From assembly GCA_946619755.1 (NCBI GenBank), contig CAMOMI010000001.1, positions 33,441-97,440 of the forward strand: 64,000 nt of DNA, read 5' to 3'. Under the pieces are notes generated by a model. The model saw only the letters and a list, made by a program, of their open reading frames with translations, was not told where the DNA came from and ran no database searches. Within the stretch, counting starts at the first letter, position 1, and each line of letters starts with the position of its first letter. Both the position numbers and the translations under genes were made by a program. This document shows positions 28,766 through 38,609 of the stretch, one piece after another. The stretch comes from an uncultured Clostridia bacterium (lineage in GTDB: Bacteria > Bacillota_I > Bacilli_A > RF39 > UBA660).

Positions 28766-29200
28766 TTATCTATATCTATTCATCCAAATGTTATTAACTA
28801 ATCTTTTTGCTTTTTCATGATTATTAATTAATTCATCTTTTTCATTACGATAAATAATTATTGGATATATATCATCATCCATAATTATCATTGGCACATT
28901 ATTAACATCAACAATTACATAAGATCTATCAAATTCACTTTCATATGATACATATTTAAACACATCATTAACACAAGTATCACATATTGGCGGATCATAC
29001 TTTCTTAATTTTGCTCGTCCATAATCAATTTCATAATAATTTTCGCATTTTGTGCAATGACATTTATATGTTCTTTTAATATCGAATCCCGTAATACCTT
29101 CATATTCATATTTTTTATAATCATCTTTTTTTGATATTTCAATATCACTTCCACTCGTCTTACATTTAGGACAAGCTAGTGATTTTCTTATCTTATTCAT
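28766..29200 (-). CDS. Cys-rich zinc-ribbon protein of unknown function, embedded between nadE and nadD
   Basis: CPKC ... CHCTKC ... CDTC arrangement; overlaps nadE by 8 nt and ends 1 nt before nadD. Confidence 0.5.
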   Translation of the reverse strand: MNKIRKSLACPKCKTSGSDIEISKKDDYKKYEYEGITGFDIKRTYKCHCTKCENYYEIDYGRAKLRKYDPPICDTCVNDVFKYVSYESEFDRSYVIVDVNNVPMIIMDDDIYPIIIYRNEKDELINNHEKAKRLVNNIWMNRYR

Positions 29201-29960
29201 TAATTATCCTATAAGTAGCGACATTAAACTTATGTAAATTACTACGATGTAATTTTTTTATCTTATCTTTACTTTCTTTGCTTACATTAGGATTACCAGG
29301 ATTTTTAATAACTTCTGCAATTTCACTATATTTAACCCCTAATTTTTCTTCATCAGTCTTACCAGATAAGCCATCATCTGGAGTTTTATGGATTACGCTA
29401 TCAGGTACTCCAATGTATTCACCTACTTGAATTACTTCATCGACAGTCAAATCAGCAAATATTTGTATATCACTGACATTATCTCCACCTTTAGTAAAAT
29501 ATCCAACATATAATTCACATTTATTACTAGTACCAGGAACAATATATACTCCTTTTTTAATACTTGATAACATTGCTGCATAATAATATAAAGTACTCAT
29601 TCTAAGCCTTGGTTTAATATTGATATTAGCATCAACTAAATTATCATCATCAACTAAATTATTGCTTTTTATTTGTTTAACATATTCATCATAAAAATTA
29701 GTTAAATCAAAGTCTTTTAATTCAAATCCAAAGTGATCAGCCACCAACTTAGCATTTTCATAATCTTCTTCTTTAGAATGACATGGCATCCAAATACCAA
29801 CCACATTTTCTGGCCCTAATGCCTTAGCAAACAATCCAGCTACAACTCCTGAATCCTTTCCTCCAGATATTCCAATTACCGCTCCTTTTAAATTATATTT
29901 TTCATAATAATTTCTAATAAATTCTATAATTTCATTTGTTACTTTCTCTACATTAAACAT
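29193..29960 (-). CDS. nadE: NH3-dependent NAD+ synthetase
   Basis: PP-loop GISGGKDSGVVAGL; ~255 aa without glutaminase domain. Confidence 0.9.
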   Translation of the reverse strand: MFNVEKVTNEIIEFIRNYYEKYNLKGAVIGISGGKDSGVVAGLFAKALGPENVVGIWMPCHSKEEDYENAKLVADHFGFELKDFDLTNFYDEYVKQIKSNNLVDDDNLVDANINIKPRLRMSTLYYYAAMLSSIKKGVYIVPGTSNKCELYVGYFTKGGDNVSDIQIFADLTVDEVIQVGEYIGVPDSVIHKTPDDGLSGKTDEEKLGVKYSEIAEVIKNPGNPNVSKESKDKIKKLHRSNLHKFNVATYRIINE

Positions 29961-30540
29961 TATTTCTTCTCCTTACATATGTTTTTTCTTTTTCAATTAA
30001 ATATGCTGAATTAAGACCAGTTATATAGCCTCCAATAAGTAGCTCTTCTAATTCATCTTTATCAACTAACACATACTTAATATATTCACTTGCATCTAGT
30101 TTTTGTTCTCCTACTTTTTTACAATCAAGTGCTAAAAAGTAATGATTAAACGCCGATGAACATCCTTGATCTTGATAAAATGAACCAACATGAATTAAAT
30201 TATCACTTGCATAACCTGTCTCTTCCAATAGTTCTCTCTTTGCAGCATCTATCGGTTCTTCACCTTGTTCAATATACCCTGCCGGAAGGCCTATTCCAAC
30301 CGTTCCTTTAGTAAAAACTCTAGGTTCGATTGCAATAATAACCTTTCCATCATTAGTAACCGGATAGACAACTACTGCACTGCCATCTTTTTTGTTCTTA
30401 AGTATTTTTTCTCTTCGTATTACTTCACCATTATTTAACTCACATAAATATGCCTCAATTGATAAGAATTTATTATCAACTTGCCTTGTCATACATATTG
30501 TCTTATATTCTTCCAAGGCTTTAATTATCTCTTGTTTCAT
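29953..30540 (-). CDS. NUDIX hydrolase (ADP-ribose pyrophosphatase-like)
   Basis: Nudix box GLPAGYIEQGEEPIDAAKRELLEETGY. Confidence 0.8.
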   Translation of the reverse strand: MKQEIIKALEEYKTICMTRQVDNKFLSIEAYLCELNNGEVIRREKILKNKKDGSAVVVYPVTNDGKVIIAIEPRVFTKGTVGIGLPAGYIEQGEEPIDAAKRELLEETGYASDNLIHVGSFYQDQGCSSAFNHYFLALDCKKVGEQKLDASEYIKYVLVDKDELEELLIGGYITGLNSAYLIEKEKTYVRRRNNV

Positions 30541-30621
30541 AACATCACTTCCAACTATTTTTTCTAACTTTTACATTATTATTGCAATTAAATTGCCTAT
30601 TTGTTTTATCATATTTGTCAT

Positions 30622-32094
30622 CTATATTTTTCTTACTAATTTCTTAACATTCATAATCATCTCATTTTTAAATTTGACATATTCTTCTGTACCATCTACA
30701 TAATATCCATGAGGCTTTTCAATTCTTTTTATTTCTGGATATAAAGTAGCCATTTGTCTATCACAATATCTCTGTTTTTCCATTATTTGTGGATCACTAT
30801 ATACAAGTTTACCTCTTATAAATATTGGTTTTTGCAACCTAACCAATTCAAAATTACTAATTATTGTTCTTTTTAACATATCCGTAGGACTCACAATTAA
30901 TAATTTATCTTTATTAATTTTTTCATTTTGTCTTGTCATAATATCAGCTAAAGCAAATCCTGTATCTTTATCATATGCACGATATAAAATCTTAAAATCA
31001 GGATTAACTATTTTAATTGCATCATTACTTAATTTTATTTTTGGAACCCAATAACCATTTTCATTTAATCCTACTTCTTTATACACACAACCCATTCGAC
31101 CATCTGGTTTAGAAATATTATCACCTACCCCTAAGCTATCAAATTTAGCACCTTGCATTATTAATGATTTAATTGTCTTATCAGTAAGCCCATTACTTAA
31201 ACATATCTTTGCTTGTGGAAATTCTGCCGCATCCAACATTTTTCTAGCCTCTATAGATAAATAAGCTAAATCTCCAGAATCAATTCTAATTCCAATATGA
31301 TCAGTATTCATTCCACTATCTTGCATATATTTAAATGTCTTAATCGCATTAGGCACTCCACTTCTTAAAGTATCAATTGTATCAACAAGCAGTATGCAAT
31401 TATTTGGATATATCTTAGCATATGCTAAGAAAGCTTCTAATTCAGTTTCATAAGATTCAATAAAACTATGAGCCATTGTTCCAAGTGCTTTAATATTTAA
31501 CATATCAGCTGCAATCATATTACTAGTTCCAACACAACCAGCCATAATACCATAAATTGATGAATCAATTGCCGCTTCACTACCATCAGCTCTTCTTGCC
31601 CCAAATTCCATTACACCAACACCTTTTGGAACAGCTTCAATTATTCTTCTAGCACCAGTTGCATGTTCCATAGCCCCATTAATCATACTTAAAATAGCCG
31701 TTTCAACAATCTGTGCTTCAATAAGTGGCGCCTTAACTGTTATAAGTGGTTCGTTAGGAAATACTGGTGTTCCATCAGGTATCGCATATATATCACCACT
31801 AAACTTAAAATTCTTTAAATAATTAATAAATTCTTCTGAATAACCATTTCTTCTAAAATAAGCAAGTTCAACTTCTCCAAATCTAAGATTTTCAATATAA
31901 GAAATTATTTTATCAAGACCCGCCATAATTGCATATCCGCCTTCATTAGGAACCTTTCTAAAAAAGACATCAAAAACAGCTTCGTTACTATCTTTTCCAT
32001 TTAAATAATATCCTTGAGCCATTGTAAATTCATACTCATCTGATAACAATGTATAATTTCTAGCTAATCGTTGATAACCATTATATAATTCCAT
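30622..32094 (-). CDS. pncB: nicotinate phosphoribosyltransferase
   Basis: 490 aa; N-terminus YTLLSDEYEFTMAQGYY... typical of NAPRTase. Confidence 0.9.
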   Translation of the reverse strand: MELYNGYQRLARNYTLLSDEYEFTMAQGYYLNGKDSNEAVFDVFFRKVPNEGGYAIMAGLDKIISYIENLRFGEVELAYFRRNGYSEEFINYLKNFKFSGDIYAIPDGTPVFPNEPLITVKAPLIEAQIVETAILSMINGAMEHATGARRIIEAVPKGVGVMEFGARRADGSEAAIDSSIYGIMAGCVGTSNMIAADMLNIKALGTMAHSFIESYETELEAFLAYAKIYPNNCILLVDTIDTLRSGVPNAIKTFKYMQDSGMNTDHIGIRIDSGDLAYLSIEARKMLDAAEFPQAKICLSNGLTDKTIKSLIMQGAKFDSLGVGDNISKPDGRMGCVYKEVGLNENGYWVPKIKLSNDAIKIVNPDFKILYRAYDKDTGFALADIMTRQNEKINKDKLLIVSPTDMLKRTIISNFELVRLQKPIFIRGKLVYSDPQIMEKQRYCDRQMATLYPEIKRIEKPHGYYVDGTEEYVKFKNEMIMNVKKLVRKI

Positions 32095-32096
32095 AT

Positions 32097-32702
32097 TTAT
32101 CTCTTCTTTCCTAATATTTTAATTCCATTTGCTTGCATTCTAGCAAGTGCCTCTTCAGTAACAGCATCAGCATTATGCAAAGGTGCATTAAATGTATCAA
32201 TTGCATCACTATGTACAGCTACACAAACATCTTTGTTTATTTGATCAAAAAATGTTTTTAATCCAATTGCTCCATTTAAAACACATACTTCTGATAAACA
32301 ACCCATTAATCTTATTCTTTCCAAATTATAAAATCTTATTAAATCTTGTTGAAGTCCTAAAGCAAACATTAAATTAGTACTATTTTTTAAATAATGAAGT
32401 GCATAGCGTTCATACTTTTTAAGTTCATCAATTACTTCCGTTTCTTTTGTTCCTTCAATACAATGAACTCCATATGTTTTAAACTCTACAGCATCAATTG
32501 GATGACTATCTCTAATAAATATCATTCCTGTTTCGTTATTATTAATTGCTTCATCAAGTAATTCTATTTGTCTAGGTACTACTCTCATAATAGATGGCGC
32601 TGCTAAATTTCCTTCTTTCGCAAAACCATTAACCATATCAATTGTAATTAACAATTCCTTTACTCCAGTTAATTTTTCAATATCATTATTAAATGTTTTC
32701 AT
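32097..32702 (-). CDS. pncA: nicotinamidase (isochorismatase-fold cysteine hydrolase)
   Basis: Isochorismatase family fold, catalytic Cys in MGCLSEVCV, 2-nt gap to pncB. Confidence 0.75.
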   Translation of the reverse strand: MKTFNNDIEKLTGVKELLITIDMVNGFAKEGNLAAPSIMRVVPRQIELLDEAINNNETGMIFIRDSHPIDAVEFKTYGVHCIEGTKETEVIDELKKYERYALHYLKNSTNLMFALGLQQDLIRFYNLERIRLMGCLSEVCVLNGAIGLKTFFDQINKDVCVAVHSDAIDTFNAPLHNADAVTEEALARMQANGIKILGKKR

Positions 32703-32716
32703 ATTACCATTCCTTT

Positions 32717-32836
32717 CTTATTAACATTTTATTAATAACATTAAATATATTTAAAGAGAAGACTTTTTATCATTTTGTTAAAAACATCTTTTAAAATTAT
32801 AACAAGTATCTTCTCTTGTTAATAACATTTTATTAA
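32717..32836. promoter_or_regulatory. two copies of an 18-bp dyad TTAATAACATTTTATTAA (TTAATAA-N4-TTATTAA) upstream of pncA; candidate NrtR operators
   Basis: Copy 1 embedded in TTATTAACATTTTATTAATAACATT at 32717-32745; copy 2 at 32819-32836; both within the 200-bp pncA leader. Confidence 0.35.
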
Positions 32837-32885
32837 AAACAAATTAATTTGTCAACCCTTTTTTATTATTTTGTAAAAAAAAAAT

Positions 32886-32912
32886 AAAAAAACTACCAAT
32901 CGGTAGTTTTAA
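32886..32912 (-). terminator. rho-independent terminator of Trx-CcdA gene
   Basis: aaactacc-gatt-ggtagttt hairpin overlapping the stop codon, T-run after it on the minus strand. Confidence 0.5.
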
Positions 32913-34147
32913 AAATTAAACATTAACCATTCTGGTTTAAAAATTAATAGTATTCCAATTCCAAGTAATAATATTCCTCCAACTAATTTAGATAACTTAC
33001 CATATTTAGTTGAAAAGCCTGTTAATTCCATCGTTCTCATTGCCACAAAGAAAACAATTAAATCATCTAATAAGAAAAATATCATATATAAAGCAATATA
33101 AATAACTTTCTCAATAACCGTAGGATTATTAAGAGATAGTATTTCAATAAACATCACAGGTAATCCTGCCGAACACGCAAGTTCTACAACATTAACCGAT
33201 AATGCCAAAGTCATTACCCCAATCATTGCTAATATAAAGTTTTTCTCATGTGTAAACTTCTTAATTTTATTAAATATTTTACTTCGCTTTTTATCATCAA
33301 TAACATCACATCCATTATCCTTGCGATGTCGAATATAACTAGATAGATTAATAATTGCTCCAAAAACAGCAATAAGTCCAATAATCAATCTAACCCATTT
33401 TATAGCAAGCAACATTGTAGCAGCATTTAACCAAGCAACCATAAATAATAAATATACTAAAGCCGAAGTCAATAAGAACGTAAGACCTAATATCCACATT
33501 CTTTTTCTATCTTTCATACCAATTAACATACTAATAAGAAATAACAAAACCCACATTGCGCAAGGATTAAATCCATCAACTAAACCAATTAAAATTGCTA
33601 TAACTGGCAAAGTCATATTTTTTAAATTAACTTCATTTTTAAAGATGTTTATCTTGCGATTTGTCTTTTCTTCAATATAATCATCAACTGACTGATTATC
33701 ATTTTCAGTGGTATCAGTTTTTATTTGATAAGTTGGAAGTTCTATTCCTCCAATATATTCACCAACTCTATCGGTATAACCATTATCAGAATAATACTCT
33801 ATAGCTGCCATAAATCTCTCATGATAACTTTCATAACTAAATCCTTTAAAGTATTTATCTCCAATTACTGTAAATGGTGTCCCACTAACTGGTGTATCAT
33901 ATAATTCTGCCACAGCATTAAGCATCTTTAAATTATCATCATCACCAATTTCATACATATATATCCTAACATTATCGTGATTATTCTTAACTTGATTTAA
34001 AAACTTAATCTCGTCTTTACAATGTGGACAAGTATTTGAATGAAACAAGTAAATATTAACTAAATTCTTATCACTATCAGCTAATACCAAAGAAATATTT
34101 GCAATAAATATAATAAATACTAATAATAATTTACTAATCTTCTTCAT
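32909..34147 (-). CDS. fused extracytoplasmic thioredoxin/DsbA-like domain (CPHC) + CcdA/DsbD-type disulfide-transfer membrane domain
   Basis: Signal peptide, LFHSNTCPHCKDE (CPHC active site), then 6-TM domain with paired TM cysteines (LVDGFNPCAMWVLL ... ELACSAGLPV) typical of CcdA. Confidence 0.7.
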   Translation of the reverse strand: MKKISKLLLVFIIFIANISLVLADSDKNLVNIYLFHSNTCPHCKDEIKFLNQVKNNHDNVRIYMYEIGDDDNLKMLNAVAELYDTPVSGTPFTVIGDKYFKGFSYESYHERFMAAIEYYSDNGYTDRVGEYIGGIELPTYQIKTDTTENDNQSVDDYIEEKTNRKINIFKNEVNLKNMTLPVIAILIGLVDGFNPCAMWVLLFLISMLIGMKDRKRMWILGLTFLLTSALVYLLFMVAWLNAATMLLAIKWVRLIIGLIAVFGAIINLSSYIRHRKDNGCDVIDDKKRSKIFNKIKKFTHEKNFILAMIGVMTLALSVNVVELACSAGLPVMFIEILSLNNPTVIEKVIYIALYMIFFLLDDLIVFFVAMRTMELTGFSTKYGKLSKLVGGILLLGIGILLIFKPEWLMFNF

Positions 34148-34403
34148 ATTTATCTATCCTATCACATAAAGTTTTCTCAGTCTGTTCGCCAACTAATCTT
34201 TCAAGTTCATTGCCATCTTTATCTAAGAAAATTACTACTGGCAATACCTTTCCAGGATTATATTTACTTACTTCATCACTATCCATATCATAATCTAACT
34301 CTTCAATGAGAAGATTATCATATGACGCATTTATATTTTTCCACACTTTCTTCATAACCAAACAACCCGGACACCATATAGCTCCAATTTTAATAATTTT
34401 CAT
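34134..34403 (-). CDS. small thioredoxin-like protein with atypical WCPGC active site
   Basis: MKIIKIGAIWCPGCLVMKKVW ... 89 aa thioredoxin fold; overlaps downstream Trx-CcdA gene by 14 nt. Confidence 0.6.
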   Translation of the reverse strand: MKIIKIGAIWCPGCLVMKKVWKNINASYDNLLIEELDYDMDSDEVSKYNPGKVLPVVIFLDKDGNELERLVGEQTEKTLCDRIDKYEED

Positions 34404-34410
34404 AATTCAC

Positions 34411-35532
34411 CTACATATCTAACTTTTTATACCATTCATCAAATACTTGGAAGAACTTATTAATTTCTTCTTCTGTCGTCTTATATGACAAACTAATCCT
34501 TAAACTATGATTAGATAATTCTTCATCTTTAGTTAATGCATAGACACTATTTGATTTACTATTAGTACTTGAACAAGCACTCTTGGTAGATATATATATA
34601 TCATTACTATCAAGTGCATGTAAGAATGTTTCTGGTTTGATTTTTCTTAAACTAAAATTAATCGTATGTGGCATACTATTTTCAGTACTATTAATATGCA
34701 CTAAAGGATATTCTTTTAATTTATCACAGACTTTTTTATTTAATTTACTAATATATTCTAAATTTTTATCAACATTTGGTAAAATCAATTCCATTGCTTT
34801 CATAAGTGATACAATTAAAGGTAAAGCTGGTGTGCCACTTCTAAATGCTGTTGTACTTTTACCACCATGAATAAGTGGTTCAATTTGTACATTTTCTTTT
34901 TTTATTAATAATCCAATTCCCTTCATACCATATATCTTATGACCTGACATACTAGCAAGATCAACGCATGATAAATCAACAGGTATCTTTCCCAACGCTT
35001 GAGTACAGTCAACATGAAAGAAACACTTTGGATAATTTTTTAAAATATTAGCAATTTCTTTAATTGGTTGTTTAAGTCCAATTTCACTATCAACCATACA
35101 TATACTAACTAATACTGTATCATCACGAAGTAATCTTTTTAAATCATTCAAATCAACTAAGCCATTATCATCAATCTTAACAAAATCAACTTCAAATCCT
35201 AAATTTGTTAAATAGTTTAATGGTGCAATAACTGAAGAATGCTCTAAATAAGTCGTAATAATATGTTTACCTCTATTTTGATATTTTAAACATATTCCTT
35301 TGATAGCTGTATTATTTGATTCACTTGCTCCACTTGTGTATATCACTTCGCTAGGTTTAACATTTAACATCTTAGCAATATTTTCCGTTGCATAATCTTC
35401 AAGTTGCTTTGACTTTATTCCAAGACTATGAAGTGAATTACTATTTCCAGGATATTCACGACATACCTTACTAAAAGTTTCCAATACTCTGTCATCTACA
35501 GGAGTTGTCGCTGAATAATCTAAATAAACCAT
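34411..35532 (-). CDS. cysteine desulfurase (class V aminotransferase, NifS/IscS family)
   Basis: MVYLDYSATTPVD N-terminus, PLP-lysine box SMSGHKIYGMKGIGLL, C-terminal active-site Cys region STKSACSS. Confidence 0.85.
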   Translation of the reverse strand: MVYLDYSATTPVDDRVLETFSKVCREYPGNSNSLHSLGIKSKQLEDYATENIAKMLNVKPSEVIYTSGASESNNTAIKGICLKYQNRGKHIITTYLEHSSVIAPLNYLTNLGFEVDFVKIDDNGLVDLNDLKRLLRDDTVLVSICMVDSEIGLKQPIKEIANILKNYPKCFFHVDCTQALGKIPVDLSCVDLASMSGHKIYGMKGIGLLIKKENVQIEPLIHGGKSTTAFRSGTPALPLIVSLMKAMELILPNVDKNLEYISKLNKKVCDKLKEYPLVHINSTENSMPHTINFSLRKIKPETFLHALDSNDIYISTKSACSSTNSKSNSVYALTKDEELSNHSLRISLSYKTTEEEINKFFQVFDEWYKKLDM

Positions 35533-35580
35533 CTCACATCACCAATCTAATTTTATCACAAATATATATAAAATAAAAGA

Positions 35581-36045
35581 CTAATTGATGGCAATTAGTC
35601 TAATACTATCATCACTTCGATAAAGATTTAAAATATTATCAACCGCCTCCTTAACTTGATATACACTATCAGCATCTGTAAGCATTTTTTCATATTCATC
35701 TTGTTTACTATCTATAATATTGTTAGCCACATAATATTCTATCACTGACAATTTATCACTATATAAACTTTTAATCTTCTCAACATTGCTATAATCCTTA
35801 GTAATACCTACAACACTCTTATATTTATCTTGATCTTTATAGTAGACATAATTATTGTTACTATTCTCTTCGCGCATCGTTTCAATATCTGCATATGCCC
35901 CATTTTCCACCAAATAAAGTCTACTACTAGTTAAAGAATCATATAAATTATCACGATATGTTTTATATACAAATTTACCTCCAACATACCCAAACAAACT
36001 AGCCACTATTACTGGTACTAATATTCCCTTTAATATCTTTTTCAT
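35581..36045 (-). CDS. hypothetical membrane-anchored protein
   Basis: MKKILKGILVPVIVASLFGYVGG N-terminal anchor; no family recognised. Confidence 0.4.
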   Translation of the reverse strand: MKKILKGILVPVIVASLFGYVGGKFVYKTYRDNLYDSLTSSRLYLVENGAYADIETMREENSNNNYVYYKDQDKYKSVVGITKDYSNVEKIKSLYSDKLSVIEYYVANNIIDSKQDEYEKMLTDADSVYQVKEAVDNILNLYRSDDSIRLIAIN

Positions 36046-36116
36046 TTCATCACCAAATATAATATACCTTAAAGATATCAAAAAAAATGTCGAATTTAAA
36101 TCTAAAGAAAAAGAAA

Positions 36117-36587
36117 TTAGCGTCCTCTTCTACTTTCTTTCTTTTCCTCATAATCATCAAAATAATAAACTTGTTTTCTTATTTCTTTTTCATATAATTT
36201 ATATCGTAAACTATCAACAATTACCTGTATCTTGCTAAGTGTTAAACTTTGATATGTATTTCCTAAATATTTAACATATTTATTAATAATTTGCATTCTT
36301 AACTTTTCTGCTTCCATTAAAGACCTTTTTATATCATCATCACTACCATCATCATCAGTATCAATTAATTTAAGTTGATTAAGCAAATATTCAATTTTCT
36401 TTTCAATTTTTTTTCGAATAATTTTTTCACTAATATCATCATTAACAAAAATAATTTGACTAACCCCAATTGCTCCTTCTTCTTTAACTTTAGGATTAAC
36501 TTTATAGCCATCTAATTTTTCAAGTTCTAAATATCTAGTTTCTCTTTTCTTTTTTGTTTTAGATACGTAATAACTCTTATCATTCAT
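36117..36587 (-). CDS. hypothetical charged protein translationally coupled downstream of trmD
   Basis: 156 aa Lys/Glu/Asp-rich, overlaps trmD by 8 nt. Confidence 0.45.
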   Translation of the reverse strand: MNDKSYYVSKTKKKRETRYLELEKLDGYKVNPKVKEEGAIGVSQIIFVNDDISEKIIRKKIEKKIEYLLNQLKLIDTDDDGSDDDIKRSLMEAEKLRMQIINKYVKYLGNTYQSLTLSKIQVIVDSLRYKLYEKEIRKQVYYFDDYEEKKESRRGR

Positions 36588-37257
36588 GACTATTTCCCCC
36601 TGTCAAATCACTTCTAACTTCATTTGTTCTTCTTATTCTTTCATCTTGTCTATATTTTTCTATATTCTTATGATGTCCTGATAATAATACTTCTGGTACT
36701 CTCATACCTCTAAACTCTTCAGGTCTTGTATAATTTGGATAATCCAAAAGACCATCATTAAAACTTTCACTATCTAAACTATTACTAGATATCACTCCGG
36801 GAATTAATCTTGTAATCGCATCAGTAATTGCCATTGCTGGTATCTCTCCACCTGTTAAAACATAATCGCCAATAGAAATTTCCATATCAACAATTGTTCT
36901 AATTCGTTCGTCAAAGCCCTCATAATGCCCACAAAGTAAAATAATATGTTTTTGTCGAGATAAATCTAAAGCCATTTCTTGCTTAAAAACCTTACCAGCT
37001 GGACTCATCATAATAACAATAGATTCATCAGTTTTAATGGCCTCAATAGCATTAAAAATAGGCTCACACATCAAAACCATACCAGCTCCGCCACCATAAG
37101 GATAGTCATCTACCCGATTATGTTTGTCAGTAGAATAATCCCTAAAATTATGTACTTGAATATCAACATAACCATCTTCTCTTGCTCTTTTAATAATTGA
37201 TGTTTCTAAAAAGCCATCAAACATTTCTGGAAACAATGTAAGAATATCTATCCTCAT
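36580..37257 (-). CDS. trmD: tRNA (guanine37-N1)-methyltransferase
   Basis: MRIDILTLFPEMFDGFL... and SPOUT knot region; rimM-trmD synteny. Confidence 0.9.
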   Translation of the reverse strand: MRIDILTLFPEMFDGFLETSIIKRAREDGYVDIQVHNFRDYSTDKHNRVDDYPYGGGAGMVLMCEPIFNAIEAIKTDESIVIMMSPAGKVFKQEMALDLSRQKHIILLCGHYEGFDERIRTIVDMEISIGDYVLTGGEIPAMAITDAITRLIPGVISSNSLDSESFNDGLLDYPNYTRPEEFRGMRVPEVLLSGHHKNIEKYRQDERIRRTNEVRSDLTGGNSHE

Positions 37258-37265
37258 AATACCTC

Positions 37266-37754
37266 CTAATAAAGACCAGCTATTTCTTTAACTCTAATTT
37301 CTTTTTTTTCTAAATTTATACTTACTATTATATCAAAATTATATGGAATTAAAACATCTTTTTCACCATGTACAAAAAGAATTTCATTTCCATTATGATT
37401 TTCAATTTTCCTAACTTTACCTAAATATCTATCATTAACATAGACATCTAATCCAATTATATCTTCATCCAAATATTCATTTTCACCAAGTTTAATATCA
37501 TCCTTATTAACAAAAACATAATCACCCTTATATTTCAATACTTGATTAATATCATTATATCCTTCCATTGTAATCATATCAAAGATTTTATGATGACGAT
37601 AACCGGTAATTTTTTCACATACTTTATCACGGCCAAGATATATTTTCATATCAGGAATAAAAACTTTATTCTTATACTTAAAATCTGATAATATTCTAAC
37701 TTCGCCTTTTAAACCATGAGTATTAACTAACTTACCAATCAAAACATACTTCAT
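37266..37754 (-). CDS. rimM: 16S rRNA processing protein RimM
   Basis: GKLVNTHGLKGEVRI N-terminal motif, PRC barrel C-terminus. Confidence 0.85.
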   Translation of the reverse strand: MKYVLIGKLVNTHGLKGEVRILSDFKYKNKVFIPDMKIYLGRDKVCEKITGYRHHKIFDMITMEGYNDINQVLKYKGDYVFVNKDDIKLGENEYLDEDIIGLDVYVNDRYLGKVRKIENHNGNEILFVHGEKDVLIPYNFDIIVSINLEKKEIRVKEIAGLY

Positions 37755-38476
37755 TTATTAAACACCTCATACATAATAATCGAAGCCGATACACCTGCAT
37801 TTAAGCTTTCACATTCTGGTCTCATACCAATATAGATATATTTCTGACAGAATTCTCTAACTTCGTTACTTATTCCTCTTCCTTCATTTCCAATTATAAA
37901 TATAACTTTAGTTGGAATATTTTCACTTTTTATATCAACGCCATCTTTTACATCTGTTCCATATATTACATAATCATCAACATCTTTAAGAAAAGAAGTC
38001 AAATGCTCTGTCATAATATTTACGTTAAATATCATTCCTTTTGTACTTCTAATTACTTTAGGATTATATAAATCAACACATTCCAAGCCAAGTACAATCG
38101 TATCAAATCCAAAAGCTACTGCACTTCTAATAATAGTTCCTAAATTTCCAGGATCTTGAATATCATCTAAAACAATAACTCTATTTCCCATTTCATGAGA
38201 AGTCATCTTAGAACATACTCCATAATATGGACTAAAACTAGCCATATCACTAATCTTTTTCATAACTTCATCACTAACATAACAAACAGGTATACCATCA
38301 TATATATTATCATAACCATCTAAAATATATATTTCTCTAAGTAAGCCATTCTTATAGGCTTCGTCGCACAAATCTTTTCCCTCAATAAAAAACAAATCAT
38401 TTAAATCACGATATTTCTTATCTTTTAATTTAACTAATTCCTTTATTTTATCATTACTAACAGATGTAATTAACAT
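37751..38476 (-). CDS. TrmH/SpoU-family RNA 2'-O-methyltransferase
   Basis: VLDDIQDPGNLGTIIRSAVAFGFDTIVL and IGNEGRGIS SPOUT motifs. Confidence 0.8.
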   Translation of the reverse strand: MLITSVSNDKIKELVKLKDKKYRDLNDLFFIEGKDLCDEAYKNGLLREIYILDGYDNIYDGIPVCYVSDEVMKKISDMASFSPYYGVCSKMTSHEMGNRVIVLDDIQDPGNLGTIIRSAVAFGFDTIVLGLECVDLYNPKVIRSTKGMIFNVNIMTEHLTSFLKDVDDYVIYGTDVKDGVDIKSENIPTKVIFIIGNEGRGISNEVREFCQKYIYIGMRPECESLNAGVSASIIMYEVFNK

Positions 38477-38573
38477 ACTACCACCACTTAAATCAATTAT
38501 ATCATTTTGCTAAAAAAAAAGAAACATAAACTTATAATTAATCATCCACAGATTAATTCATTATTAATAGTTT

Positions 38574-38597
38574 TAAAAAAAGCGAGTTTCCTCGCTT
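38574..38597 (-). terminator. rho-independent terminator of DUF2207 gene
   Basis: gcgag-tttc-ctcgc hairpin followed by T7 on the minus strand, 13 nt after the stop. Confidence 0.5.
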
Positions 38598-38609
38598 CAT
38601 TTTGCATCA

